Below, in pieces: positions 19,698 to 30,200 of a DNA stretch of 64,000 bases (positions within the stretch are counted from its first letter, which is position 1; the number at the start of each line of letters is the position of its first letter). The position numbers and the translations under genes were made by a program. The notes beneath the pieces are model-generated. The model worked only from the letters and a program-made list of their open reading frames with translations. It made no database searches and was not told the DNA's origin. Origin of the DNA: Candidatus Gastranaerophilales bacterium (GTDB lineage: Bacteria; Cyanobacteriota; Vampirovibrionia; Gastranaerophilales; Gastranaerophilaceae); NCBI GenBank assembly GCA_944325605.1, contig CALVAX010000010.1:5933-69932 (forward strand). Direction: 5' to 3'.

Positions 19698-20225
19698 TTA
19701 CAAATTTATCCCTGACTTAAATCTTGCACTTATTGATTCCTGAACATCAATATAACTCATTGTCTGGGCTGCTGACTGATGCCCGAAATACCACTGAAGA
19801 AAAGTTAAATCTTTATATTTTTCATAATAGTGGTACCCGAAAGTTTTTCTCCAGGATTCCGCTGAAATGTCTGCAAAACCAAGTTCTTCACACACTGCTT
19901 TAAAATTCTGGTATGCGGAATGTCTGCCCAGACGCTTGCCGAATACTGATGTAAACAAAGGTTCAGAAGCTTTTTTATTTTCTGTTATTTTATCTACAAG
20001 TTTTTGAATTTTCTCCGGCAAAATATACTCTGCACCGGTTTTTAATTTCAAAGATTTTTTGTTCTTTACATCTTTCACATCCAGATTTAAAAGGTTCACA
20101 ACCTTCATGCCGGTATTTATTGCAAGCTCAAAAAGGAGCAGATCCCTGTCATTACCGGTTCTGCGATAGTAATTTTTTATCTGGGCTATTAAATTTTTAT
20201 CTTTTAACGGTACAGTTTTTGTCAT
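19698..20225 (-). CDS. small tyrosine-recombinase-like protein (catalytic domain only, 175 aa)
   Basis: NTGMKVVNLLNLDVKDV (Arg-I position is Lys), SWRKTFG and FGHQSAAQTMSYI (H...Y) segments. It is the first gene of the glycan operon. Confidence 0.65.
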   Translation of the reverse strand: MTKTVPLKDKNLIAQIKNYYRRTGNDRDLLLFELAINTGMKVVNLLNLDVKDVKNKKSLKLKTGAEYILPEKIQKLVDKITENKKASEPLFTSVFGKRLGRHSAYQNFKAVCEELGFADISAESWRKTFGYHYYEKYKDLTFLQWYFGHQSAAQTMSYIDVQESISARFKSGINL

Positions 20226-20271
20226 GGCCTACATATTCTTAAAAGCTGAAATTCAAACCCCTGCCACATAA

Positions 20272-20294
20272 TATTCATTATGTTGTGTTTAATT
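20272..20294. repeat. left 23-bp inverted repeat (IRL)
   Basis: TATTCATTATGTTGTGTTTAATT, the exact reverse complement of 20400-20422. Confidence 0.95.
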
Positions 20295-20399
20295 AATTAG
20301 CTTTATATCCGCATATTAGCATAAACAAAAAATAAATAATACCACTATGTTAAAAATTGTAATATTCAAAAACCGTATTGTATGTATATTTTGCCAAAC

Positions 20400-20422
20400 A
20401 ATTAAACACAACATAATGAATA
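20400..20422. repeat. right 23-bp inverted repeat (IRR)
   Basis: AATTAAACACAACATAATGAATA, the exact reverse complement of 20272-20294. Confidence 0.95.
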
Positions 20423-20467
20423 ATTAGTAATGTTACAAATTAAACATTTTTAAACTTTTAGTGTTCA

Positions 20468-20476
20468 TGATACAAT
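20468..20476 (+). promoter_or_regulatory. extended -10 (TGATACAAT) of the MFS gene, leaderless geometry
   Basis: The -10 ends 6 nt before ATG 20483. No SD is present. Confidence 0.4.
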
Positions 20477-20482
20477 TGTTGT

Positions 20483-21904
20483 ATGACTAACAAATCTTTA
20501 AAATGGACAATATTTGTAATTACTGCAATTGGCAATTTTATAGCAATGCTTGATTCAACAACGGTTAATCTTGCACTGTACCCGATGTCCGTAGATTTGC
20601 AGGTTTCAATGAGCCAGATACAGTGGGTTATGATTGCATATATGCTTGTGCTGACTGTTTTTCTTCCGTTTTTTGGAAAACTGGGTGATATTTTTCCGAA
20701 AAACAAGCTCTATTCTATCGGATTTACACTTTTTGCAATCGGAGCGTTCTTGAACACTACTGCACAAAACTTCTGGCTGTTAATTGCATACAGATGCCTT
20801 GAGGCTCTTGGGGCGTCTATAATGCTATCTAACGCTCAAGCTATCATTGCTTCGATATTTAAAAATGAACGCAGGGGAAAAGCTCTGGGATTAAACGGAT
20901 GCATAGTTGCTATAGGCGGAATGAGCGGCCCTGCAATTGGAGGTATTCTTATCAATTCTTTCGGATGGCATTCGGTATTTTTTCCATGCATTCCGGTTGC
21001 GCTTGCCGGCGCTTACTATTCATACAGAATGCTCCCGCACACAGTCAAAACTGACAGGAAAAATTTCAAATTTGATTACAAAGGGTTTATATATTTTACA
21101 ATAAGCTTATTTGCACTTCTTCTTGCTATTGCGGAAGGTCATACCTGGGGATGGCATTCTTTAAAAATTATAGCCCTTGGACTTATAACACTTGTGTTCG
21201 GAGTGTTATTCTATATCAGAGACCACCATATAAATTATCCTTTGATCGATTTTTCACTGTTCAAAATAAAAACATTTACCTACGGAAACTTAGGTGTAAT
21301 GACGTCTTATATGGCAATGTACACAAACAGTATACTTCTTCCGTTCTTTTTGCAGGAGATATTAAAGTACAACGCGCTTGTGACAGGGCTTTTAATCCTT
21401 CCGTATTCAGTTACTTTATCAGTGGTTGCTCCGTTTGCAGGAAGATTATCGGGCAAATACGGAAGCAGATACCTGACACTTGCAGGCCCTGTCGTTTATT
21501 GCATAGCACTTTTAATGTTCACTTTGTATGACAAAAACTGTACTATGTGGCAGATTGTACTTGCCTCGGGAATTATGGGAATAGGAAACGGGCTTTTCCA
21601 ATCACCTTCAAACAATGCGATTATGACAAGTGTTACCCCTCCGGCTCTCGGGCTTGCGTCAGGAATTCTTGCGCTTTCAAGAAATATGGGCAACATCCTA
21701 GGTGTTGCGGTAACAATCACTTTGTTTGAAACGTTCAGAAATCTTCTTCTTGAAAACGGGAAAGCATATGACACAGCATTTTTATTTTCATACAGAACAA
21801 CGATGTGCTTCGGAATTTTGTTTGGTTTAATTTGCCTTCTGTTTGCCTATATCGCACACAAACCGGCAAAAACAGCTAAAAACAACCTGGAAATTACATC
21901 TTGA
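20483..21904 (+). CDS. MFS transporter, 14-TMS DHA2 (EmrB/QacA-like) type
   Basis: 473 aa and about 14 hydrophobic segments. LDSTTVNLAL and GKLGD MFS motifs are present. Confidence 0.85.
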   Translation: MTNKSLKWTIFVITAIGNFIAMLDSTTVNLALYPMSVDLQVSMSQIQWVMIAYMLVLTVFLPFFGKLGDIFPKNKLYSIGFTLFAIGAFLNTTAQNFWLLIAYRCLEALGASIMLSNAQAIIASIFKNERRGKALGLNGCIVAIGGMSGPAIGGILINSFGWHSVFFPCIPVALAGAYYSYRMLPHTVKTDRKNFKFDYKGFIYFTISLFALLLAIAEGHTWGWHSLKIIALGLITLVFGVLFYIRDHHINYPLIDFSLFKIKTFTYGNLGVMTSYMAMYTNSILLPFFLQEILKYNALVTGLLILPYSVTLSVVAPFAGRLSGKYGSRYLTLAGPVVYCIALLMFTLYDKNCTMWQIVLASGIMGIGNGLFQSPSNNAIMTSVTPPALGLASGILALSRNMGNILGVAVTITLFETFRNLLLENGKAYDTAFLFSYRTTMCFGILFGLICLLFAYIAHKPAKTAKNNLEITS

Positions 21905-21960
21905 AAATAAATTATCATTGTGTAAAATTGGTATGTTACATTTACACTACAAAATTATAA

Positions 21961-23772
21961 ATGGCGGGATATATGACAAAAAAGAATGAAAATATCAGAA
22001 ATATTGCGATAATCGCACACGTAGACCACGGGAAAACAACACTTGTTGACTGTTTGCTTAAACAGGCAGGTGCCTTCCGTGAAAACCAGCACGTTCAGGA
22101 AAGAGTTCTTGACAGCAACGACCTTGAAAGAGAAAGAGGAATTACAATTCTTTCCAAAAATATTTCAATCAATTATAAAAACACTAAAATTAATGTAGTT
22201 GACACCCCCGGACACGCGGATTTCGGCGGAGAAGTGGAGCGTGTATTGGGAATGGTTGACGGCGCTCTTTTGATTGTCGATGCTGCTGAAGGGCCTATGC
22301 CGCAAACAAGATTTGTTCTGTCTAAGGCGCTGGAATTGGGTTTGAAAATTATTGTCGTTATTAACAAAATCGACAAGCCGGCTGCTGAACCGCTCACTGC
22401 ACTTGACAAAGTTTTCGATCTTTTTACCGAACTCACTGACAGAGAAGATTTAATCGACTTCCCGTTCATTTTTGCAAGCAGCTTAAACGGATTTGCCATT
22501 AAAGATCTTGATGATGAAAAAAAAGATATGATTCCGCTTCTGGATTGCATTTTAGAAAACATTCAGCCTCCGCAGTGCGATGAAACAAAACCTTTCCAGT
22601 TCAGGGCGACAACTCTTGACTATAACGATTATGTAGGAAGAATTGTAATCGGAAGAATAGAAAACGGTTCCGTTAAATCTCAGGAGCAGGTTTGCGTAAT
22701 CCATGCTGACGGAAGTCAGGAGCGCGGGAAAATTACAAAGCTTTTCGGGTTTCATGACCTTGGCAGAATGGAAATTGAAGAAGCTTTTGCCGGCGATATT
22801 GTCGGAATTGCAGGTTTTGGAGATATTCAGATAGGTGAAACCATTGCCGATTTGAATGACCCGAAACCTTTGCCGCTGATTAAGGTTGATGAGCCGACTT
22901 TGCAGATGAATTTTTCAGTAAACGACAGCCCGTTTGCCGGCACCGAAGGGAAATTTGTAACTTCCAGACAATTAAGAAAAAGACTTTACAACGAACTTGA
23001 AAAAAACGTAAGTTTAAGAGTTGAAGATACGGATTCCACTGATGTTTTCAAAGTTTCAGGCAGAGGAGAGCTTCATCTCGGAATTTTGATTGAAACAATG
23101 CGTCGTGAAGGTTATGAATTTCAGGTTTCCAAACCGGAAGTTATTTATAAAACTATCAACGATGAAAAATGCGAACCTTATGAAAATCTTATAGTAGACG
23201 TTCCGGAAAGCTGTGCCGGCGGATGTATTGAAAGACTCTCGGGCAGAAAAGCCGAATTAAAGGAAATGCACAACGCAAAGGGCAGAACAACTCTTACCTT
23301 CCACATTCCGGCCAGAGGGCTTATCGGTTTCAGAAGCGAGTTTATCAGAATGACCAGAGGCGAAGGAATTATGTATCATACATTCCTCCATTACAGGCCT
23401 TACGCAGGGGATATTCCGCGCCAGAGAAACGGTTCTATCATTGCAATAGAACAGGGCGAAGCAATTCCATACGCATTAGCCCAGTTTGAAGACAGAGGTG
23501 TATTCTTTGTAACCCCGAAAACAAAAGTATATCGAGGAATGATTATCGGCGAATGCAACAAGCCGCAGGATATTGTTGTAAATATATGTAAAACCAAAAA
23601 ACTTACCAACATGAGGAGTGCTACGGCTGATGTTATGGTAACCCTTCAGGCTCCGAAAATTCTCTCGCTTGAAGAGTCTTTAGAATATATAGGCGACGAT
23701 GAGCTTGTTGAAATTACACCGGAAAATATCAGAATAAGAAAAGCTGATTTGACCAGAAAAATCTATAACTAA
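21961..23772 (+). CDS. typA: translational GTPase TypA/BipA
   Basis: [33 protein letters not shown] and NKIDK G-motifs. An alternative start is ATG 21973. Confidence 0.95.
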   Translation: MAGYMTKKNENIRNIAIIAHVDHGKTTLVDCLLKQAGAFRENQHVQERVLDSNDLERERGITILSKNISINYKNTKINVVDTPGHADFGGEVERVLGMVDGALLIVDAAEGPMPQTRFVLSKALELGLKIIVVINKIDKPAAEPLTALDKVFDLFTELTDREDLIDFPFIFASSLNGFAIKDLDDEKKDMIPLLDCILENIQPPQCDETKPFQFRATTLDYNDYVGRIVIGRIENGSVKSQEQVCVIHADGSQERGKITKLFGFHDLGRMEIEEAFAGDIVGIAGFGDIQIGETIADLNDPKPLPLIKVDEPTLQMNFSVNDSPFAGTEGKFVTSRQLRKRLYNELEKNVSLRVEDTDSTDVFKVSGRGELHLGILIETMRREGYEFQVSKPEVIYKTINDEKCEPYENLIVDVPESCAGGCIERLSGRKAELKEMHNAKGRTTLTFHIPARGLIGFRSEFIRMTRGEGIMYHTFLHYRPYAGDIPRQRNGSIIAIEQGEAIPYALAQFEDRGVFFVTPKTKVYRGMIIGECNKPQDIVVNICKTKKLTNMRSATADVMVTLQAPKILSLEESLEYIGDDELVEITPENIRIRKADLTRKIYN

Positions 23773-23797
23773 TAGGCAGAATTTGTCATTATATATA

Positions 23798-23826
23798 TTG
23801 ACATTCATGTAAAAATTTGTTATAAT
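23798..23826 (+). promoter_or_regulatory. consensus sigma70 promoter of hicAB
   Basis: TTGACA, 17 nt, (TGT)TATAAT. The -10 ends 6 nt before ATG 23833. Confidence 0.7.
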
Positions 23827-23832
23827 TTTTAT

Positions 23833-24075
23833 ATGGCTAATGTGAAAAAAATTGTGGATTCTTTCAAACAAAGCCGTTTTGGACATACATTTGATGACTG
23901 CAAAAAAGTTCTTGAAGCTATAGGGTTTGTTGAAAAATCTTCAAAAGGCTCTCATCACAAGTTTATCAAAAAAGGATTAAACAGACCTTTTATTCTGGCA
24001 AAGCACAGACCTGTAGATCCTGCAGCCATCGCTGAAATTATTGAATTTTTTGATAAGGAGTTTGATAATGATTAA
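23833..24075 (+). CDS. hicA: HicA-family toxin (mRNA interferase)
   Basis: 80 aa. GFVEKSSKGSHHKF core. It overlaps the downstream antitoxin gene. Confidence 0.75.
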   Translation: MANVKKIVDSFKQSRFGHTFDDCKKVLEAIGFVEKSSKGSHHKFIKKGLNRPFILAKHRPVDPAAIAEIIEFFDKEFDND

Positions 24076-24415
24076 AGATTTACAATACTATTTATCATTG
24101 CCCTGGCAGTTTGAATTTACAAAACACCCTGACGGGAAATATTCTGCGCGAGTTGAAGGCCTGTCCTGCTATTCAGGCGGAGATACACTTGAGGAAGCCT
24201 CTAAAGAAATCCAGGTCGCACTTGAATTTTATCTTGAAAGTTGCTTGGAAGACGGTATGCCGATAATTGAACCAGAAGATATTTCAAATGCAAACGGAAG
24301 AATTAGTATAAGAACATCTAAATCTACACATTTGAAATTACTTAAACTTGCGGCAAAAGAAAATGTTTCTGTTTCGCATCTGATTAATGACGCTATCATG
24401 AAACAATACAGCTAA
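24068..24415 (+). CDS. hicB: HicB-family antitoxin with C-terminal RHH-like tail
   Basis: GGAG RBS, with ATG 24068 overlapping the hicA end. The fold pattern is HicB-like. C-terminal STHLKLLKLAAKENVSVSHLINDAI. Confidence 0.7.
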   Translation: MIKDLQYYLSLPWQFEFTKHPDGKYSARVEGLSCYSGGDTLEEASKEIQVALEFYLESCLEDGMPIIEPEDISNANGRISIRTSKSTHLKLLKLAAKENVSVSHLINDAIMKQYS

Positions 24416-25296
24416 ATTGATTTTGTTTGTTTATTTTTCACAAATGATTGACCGAAAACCGACAGCAGTATCAGGGTTAAGCCGGTGTAAAATGACAGAC
24501 TGAGTTCGTGGGCTTCGTTGAAAAACAGCATTGCAAAAAGAATTCCGTAAACAGGCTCAAGGTTTCCTGCAAGGCTGACCGTAAAAGCTGAAAGCGTTTT
24601 CAAGACGGCGATATAAAGCAGGTATAAAAGTACAGTACAGAAAAAAGCAAGCACAAAAAGCCACAAAAAATCAACTGCCGTCGGAATTATTGTCCCCACA
24701 GGACTAAAGTGCAGATAAACAGGGATAAGAGCACTCATAAACAATGCCCCGCCAAGAAGTTCATAAAACAACATGCTTCTTGACGACTTTCCGACTTCCG
24801 CAACTTTATTTAAAACTGTATAAAGCGCGAACAATGCTGCAGAAATTACACCGATTACAATTCCTAACCTGAAACTTACATCAAAACTGAATATAAGCCA
24901 GATACCAGCAACAGCAATAAGGCTGTATAAAAGTTCAGTAAACGAAAATTTTGTCTTCTTAAAAAGCGGCTCAAAAAATACCGTGAAAAATCCGACAAGA
25001 GAATAACAAACTACTCCTACCGAAATATTTGAATATTTTATACTTCCGAAAAAGAACATCAAATGCAGCGCAAGCAAAGCCCCGAGCCCTAAAAACCTTA
25101 ATGCATCCTTCAAATTTTCCACAGGCTTTTTCTTCATAAATATCAGCATCACGGCGAATATCAAAAAAGCAAAAAGCATTCTGTACCAGACAATTACGAC
25201 TTCGTTCAAAGATATAAGCTTTGCAAAAAGCCCCGTAAAGCCCGACAGCAATACAGAAATATGAAGTTTTAGATAATCAAGTTTTTTATTGGACAT
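24412..25296 (-). CDS. EamA/DMT-family transporter
   Basis: 10 hydrophobic segments in a two-EamA-repeat layout. The likely start is MSNKKLDYL at 25296. Confidence 0.75.
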   Translation of the reverse strand: MSNKKLDYLKLHISVLLSGFTGLFAKLISLNEVVIVWYRMLFAFLIFAVMLIFMKKKPVENLKDALRFLGLGALLALHLMFFFGSIKYSNISVGVVCYSLVGFFTVFFEPLFKKTKFSFTELLYSLIAVAGIWLIFSFDVSFRLGIVIGVISAALFALYTVLNKVAEVGKSSRSMLFYELLGGALFMSALIPVYLHFSPVGTIIPTAVDFLWLFVLAFFCTVLLYLLYIAVLKTLSAFTVSLAGNLEPVYGILFAMLFFNEAHELSLSFYTGLTLILLSVFGQSFVKNKQTKSI

Positions 25297-25774
25297 TGTT
25301 TGTATTTTGTTGATTATAAGTTTTTTTCTTACTATAAAACAACACGATGCCGCACGCAATACATAATATACCTACAATCAGTCTTAAAGTTTTTAATGGA
25401 TTGGAATATTTATAAATAAAACTATTGTTTATGGTTAGCTCCCTTATAATCTCAGCATTTGCCTCACAATCATATTCGTTGTAATACGGCACTAAGTTGT
25501 TCAAGGTTATATTGGAATCTGAAAACTGCTCCGTGTTCATAAGAATAATTTTGTATTGGTCTGTTCCACGCGCAGATCCCTTTTTAAGGCATAAGATTTG
25601 GTTCTTCAAAGGCATATACCCGAGATTTATTTTAATAATTTCTATCCCGGCAAGTTCCGCCTTTTCATATAAAAGACGGTTTTCGCTTACCAGAAAATTA
25701 TTCGCACAGGACATAAAAATAAATGCCAAACCTGATATAATAATAAATAATCCAAAAATATTTTTTTTAAACAT
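25286..25774 (-). CDS. hypothetical membrane-anchored protein (lipobox-like FMSC, C-terminal TM)
   Basis: 162 aa with an N-terminal signal/anchor and a C-terminal hydrophobic helix. Confidence 0.55.
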   Translation of the reverse strand: MFKKNIFGLFIIISGLAFIFMSCANNFLVSENRLLYEKAELAGIEIIKINLGYMPLKNQILCLKKGSARGTDQYKIILMNTEQFSDSNITLNNLVPYYNEYDCEANAEIIRELTINNSFIYKYSNPLKTLRLIVGILCIACGIVLFYSKKKTYNQQNTNNVQ

Positions 25775-25788
25775 AACCAGTCTTCCTT

Positions 25789-27234
25789 TTATTTTCCTGT
25801 GAGTTCTTTATACATTTTTAAATATTCAGCAGAACTTTTCTTCCACGAAAAATCTGCCTCCATTGCGGATTTTCTCATAGCGTTGAAGGTGTATTTGTCG
25901 CCGTAAACATAAAGCGCACATTTTATTGCGTCAATCATTGCGCCTGAATCATATCCCCAGAACTTAAAGCCGGTTGAATTGTCAAGAGGATAACCCGTCA
26001 CTGTGTCCTCAAGCCCGCCTGTTGCTCTTACAACAGGCAGCGAGCCGTACCTCATTGCAATAAGCTGGCTCAATCCGCACGGTTCAAATTTAGACGGCAT
26101 CAGATAAAAGTCGCTTGCGGCGTAAATTTTGTTGGCAAGTTCTCCGCTGTATCCGACATAAGCCCTTATGTTAGAAGAATTGTTTGAAAGCCAGATGAAC
26201 AGGTTCTCATAATCCTTTTCGCCGGAGCCAAGGAACACAAAATCTGCTTCCATATTTCTTAAGGTATTTTCTGCCCCGCGTATAAGGTCAATACCTTTTT
26301 GTGCAACAAGCCGCGACACCATGACAAACAATGGACGGGCAGGATTATATTTCAAACCAAAATAATCACAGATATATTTTTTGTTTTCTTCTTTGTTTTT
26401 TAAAGTGTTTACATCATAATTTTTGACCAGCAATTTGTCGGTTTTCGGATTGAAAACATCATAATCAATTCCGTTCAAAATTCCGCGCAATTTATTCTCT
26501 GCGCCGCGAAGTGTATAATCCATTCCTTCGCCGTATTCGCCTGTCAAAATTTCTCTTGCATAGGTCGGAGACACGGCAACAACCCTGTCTGAATAATTAA
26601 TTGCACCTTTCATCCAGTTGACTCTGCCGTAATGCTCAACACACCATTCATTGTAGACAATGTCTTTTCGCATATTCGCAAAATCTAGAATACTCTCAAA
26701 CCATACTCCCTGATATGCAAGGTTATGAATTTCAAAAACAGTCTTAGTATCTTTCCAGAATTCATCAAATTTGTAGTTACTGTGCAGATATACCGGAATC
26801 ATTGCAGTATGCCAGTCATTTGCATGGATTACATCTGCGCGGAAGTTCAAAAGTTTAGCGTATTCCATTGTCGCAAGCGAGAATGCGATATATCTTTCAT
26901 GTTCATACTGAGGATCAAGCCATTTCGGGTAAACTTCATTAAAACAAGAAAAATACCAGTCATTATGAACAAAAAACACATTGATATTTGTTCCGGGAAG
27001 CTTTGTCATAAAAAGTCTGAATTTGTGCCCGTTGCGTCCGAAAGTAAGCCACATTTCAGAATTTTCAAGTTCTTTTATTCCGTATTTTTCTCTGTCTATA
27101 CAACCGTGAAGCGGTGTGAATATTGCGATTTCAGCATCTTTTTCAATATACTTCGGCAAACTGCCTACAACATCTGCCAACCCGCCCGCTTTTGAAAAAG
27201 GGGCAACTTCCGCTGCTGCAAAAAGAACCTTCAT
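25789..27234 (-). CDS. glgA: glycogen (starch) synthase
   Basis: MKVLFAAAEVAPFSKAGGLADVVGSLP N-terminus. 481 aa. Confidence 0.95.
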   Translation of the reverse strand: MKVLFAAAEVAPFSKAGGLADVVGSLPKYIEKDAEIAIFTPLHGCIDREKYGIKELENSEMWLTFGRNGHKFRLFMTKLPGTNINVFFVHNDWYFSCFNEVYPKWLDPQYEHERYIAFSLATMEYAKLLNFRADVIHANDWHTAMIPVYLHSNYKFDEFWKDTKTVFEIHNLAYQGVWFESILDFANMRKDIVYNEWCVEHYGRVNWMKGAINYSDRVVAVSPTYAREILTGEYGEGMDYTLRGAENKLRGILNGIDYDVFNPKTDKLLVKNYDVNTLKNKEENKKYICDYFGLKYNPARPLFVMVSRLVAQKGIDLIRGAENTLRNMEADFVFLGSGEKDYENLFIWLSNNSSNIRAYVGYSGELANKIYAASDFYLMPSKFEPCGLSQLIAMRYGSLPVVRATGGLEDTVTGYPLDNSTGFKFWGYDSGAMIDAIKCALYVYGDKYTFNAMRKSAMEADFSWKKSSAEYLKMYKELTGK

Positions 27235-30200
27235 TATTCCTCGCTTTCGTCTTCGTCCTCAGACTTTCCTGCTCCAACACCAACCTGAATATTTGATTGA
27301 TTATCCTGCTCCTCATCCGGATCCACCATTGGAACATAATGAGAAGCATCCGTATCAAAGTTAAATTGAATTCCGTATTTCTGCGTCAAATATGAACACT
27401 GAACTATACAAATCTTTGCCTGCTCTATCTGCTGTTTGTACATCAAAACCTTAAACATCTGATATTTAAACAACATTAACAGATATTCATTTGACCCGTC
27501 AGCCTTTTCCAGTTGAATTAATGAGTTGTTAATTATGCCGTATGCAACAGTATACCTGCCCTGACGTAAACTCATTTCGCTCATCATCAGCCAGGCAACA
27601 TAAGTCAAATCCGACATACCGTTATCGCCGGTTGTTTTTATTATTTTATAGATTATTAGTGACGCTTTATCAAAAGATTCCATATCATAATAGGCTTTTC
27701 CTATCATCAAGTCGCAGAACAACTCAAGCTGATGCAGATGATTGAATCTTGCAATGCGTTTTGCTGCATAAATTTCTTCTGCAAACCCGTTGCTGTCGTT
27801 TGAATATTTGTGAAAAGCTTCCATTATATGGAACAGAATTCCGGAAAAACGATCCCTGTCGGAAACCATAACCGGACTGTATGCGCTGTGATCTCCTTTC
27901 ATAAAGGATTCTAAAGCCGGAAATATATCATATGATGGAGGAATCTGCGGAAGGTCTGATTTTACAATATTCAAAAATTCTTTGACATTACCTTTCATTT
28001 GCAATACGCAGGCAAGCGCAACAAAACCTACAGCGTCCACAACAATAGCCTCGAATTCTTCTTTAGTGAAAAATTCAGGACGCAAAAGCTCCAGCGTAGA
28101 TTGATTTATAAAACTCAAAACCTTCAGCCCGATATCAATACAATCATCCAATGCGCCGACATTAAACAAGATTTCTATATGAACAAGCGACATCTGGAAA
28201 AAATATTTATTAAAATCTGACGCTGAAGGATCTATTGAGGCACTCGGAAGCCTTGAAAGAATTTTATGCGTAAGTTCTAAAGCGTGTGTATATTTACCCT
28301 CCCTGAGATACCCCTGTATCATTTTATTACACAATTCTATAATTCTGTCATTTTCGCCTGCCTGCTCAAGGCGTGATAAGGTATGTTCAGCAATTCCTGC
28401 GCTCTTTTGAGGGTCATAAGCAAAAAGGTTATTTGCAATGTTCTCTGAAAGGTCTAATTTATATTTATCAATTTCTTCCTGTTTTTCTTCATCGGTATTT
28501 TTGTCAAGAAGCTCAAGAATTTTGCCTGCACAATTTACATAAGCATTATAGTCGCCGAGAGAAAGATTTATCTTTGCAAGGTTTTCCCACTCGAGAAATT
28601 CTGATTTATAATCCTCTAAAAGTCTGTAAATATAAGCTTTTACAGGAGATGGCATGCTGTCAACAAAAACTTTTGTAAACATATCATTTGCAACGTCATG
28701 CAAAAGCTCTTTATTCAGCATAGACAGGATGCTCTCCAATAAAAGTGTATAATTCGGGAAATACATACAATTATTCCAGAAATATATATATCCCATATCT
28801 GAAAGTTTGCTTATTATTTCATCAATATTGTCATATTTTAAACTTTTAATTGTATCCTGATCGACTCTTGTTCCCATTAAAACGCATGTAGCAAGAAATT
28901 TTATTGCATCAGGGTCGTCTTCAAGAAGATTTAGTCTGCGCTTCATCAGTTTACGCAAACTTGACGGGATAATAATAGTTTTTGGATTTACAAGTTCAAT
29001 ACAATCGTCATTTGCCTCATAAACACCGCTTTCTATCAAATACTGAATTGCAATATCCAAAAACAGAATACTTCCGAATGAATATTTTGCAATTCTGTGG
29101 AAATAGAAACTGTCCATAATTTTACGGTAATATTCCTTATTTTCCTCAATCATCCTCTTGAATGAGGTTGGCTTAAGGGTTATTTCTGTGTAGTAAGGCT
29201 TTGACATCAAGGAATAAACATCCTTATGCAGAGAGAATGACTTATCATAAGAGATTAAATAACTTACTTTTAACCTCTCAAACTGTTCAAATAAAAACTT
29301 CATTACTTCGTAAGAACTGGCGTCAATTTTTTCAAAATTCTCGATAAAAATCAACGTTTCGGGAATTGCGTTCATCAAAGTAAAGAATAAATCATAATAA
29401 GTCAGATGCCTTGCTTTAGTTTCATCAATTCCACGCTCCTGCAAAGTCACCAGATCTTTTATCAATCCGTCAGGATCGATAGATTTGAACATTGAAAAAT
29501 CATTTGAACTAAACAATTTTTGAGAAACAGTAAATTCAAAAATAGCAGAAACCAATTCCCTGAAGAATGAATAAGGAGAATATTTCATCTCGTCATAGCA
29601 TGTTATACTTATAATATTTTTATAAATATTCAGTTCTTCAATAGTCGAAATTATTTTTAATGAATACGGAACATACAAAGGAGCTGTCTTAATTGCACAA
29701 ATGCCGTAAGGATGTTCAGAAAGCCTGTTTATCATATGATAAAAGACATCAATATTTTCTGTTCTGATAAATTCACACTGAATTTCATTAAAATGAATGG
29801 TTTCAATATCATAAATTGCGTCAGGATCAGTCGGAGATTCAAGTTTACTCAACGCTTCGCCATCAAGTTTATCTTGCTCGACAAGCATATTTTGAACAAA
29901 ATTCGGAACCTCAAGCTCCTCATCGGGTTTGTCTTCCAAATCTTCGTAATTGATTTTGATGCGGCTGCTTATGTCAACTTCGTGGAACATAACCATCTCG
30001 CCTTTGAGCATAACAGAATTCAGCGGGCTGGAAGAATATTCTGCTCCTAAGGATTCTTTAACATAATTGTCTACGATTATCTGAGAAGTATTGAGGGCTC
30101 TTTCTTTAGCGCTTTCACTTTGTTTTACCATACTGATATTAAAGCCGGATTTTATATCATAGGGGTTATCATCAATACTTCTGCGCAAGATAAACATATT

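Larger units (their letters stand above)
20272..20422. promoter_or_regulatory. candidate invertible promoter element (IR-105 bp-IR)
   Basis: Perfect 23-bp IRs flank 105 bp containing an extended -10 (TGCTAATAT on the minus strand, 20313-20321). That promoter points into the recombinase and glycan operon. Confidence 0.55.

Noticed and set aside
19698-20225. Recombinase as the integrase of a prophage or integrative island.
   Set aside because: It is only 175 aa (catalytic domain only). There are no phage or conjugation genes, tRNA or att-like direct repeats nearby. It is co-oriented and tightly linked with the glycan operon and the IR pair.
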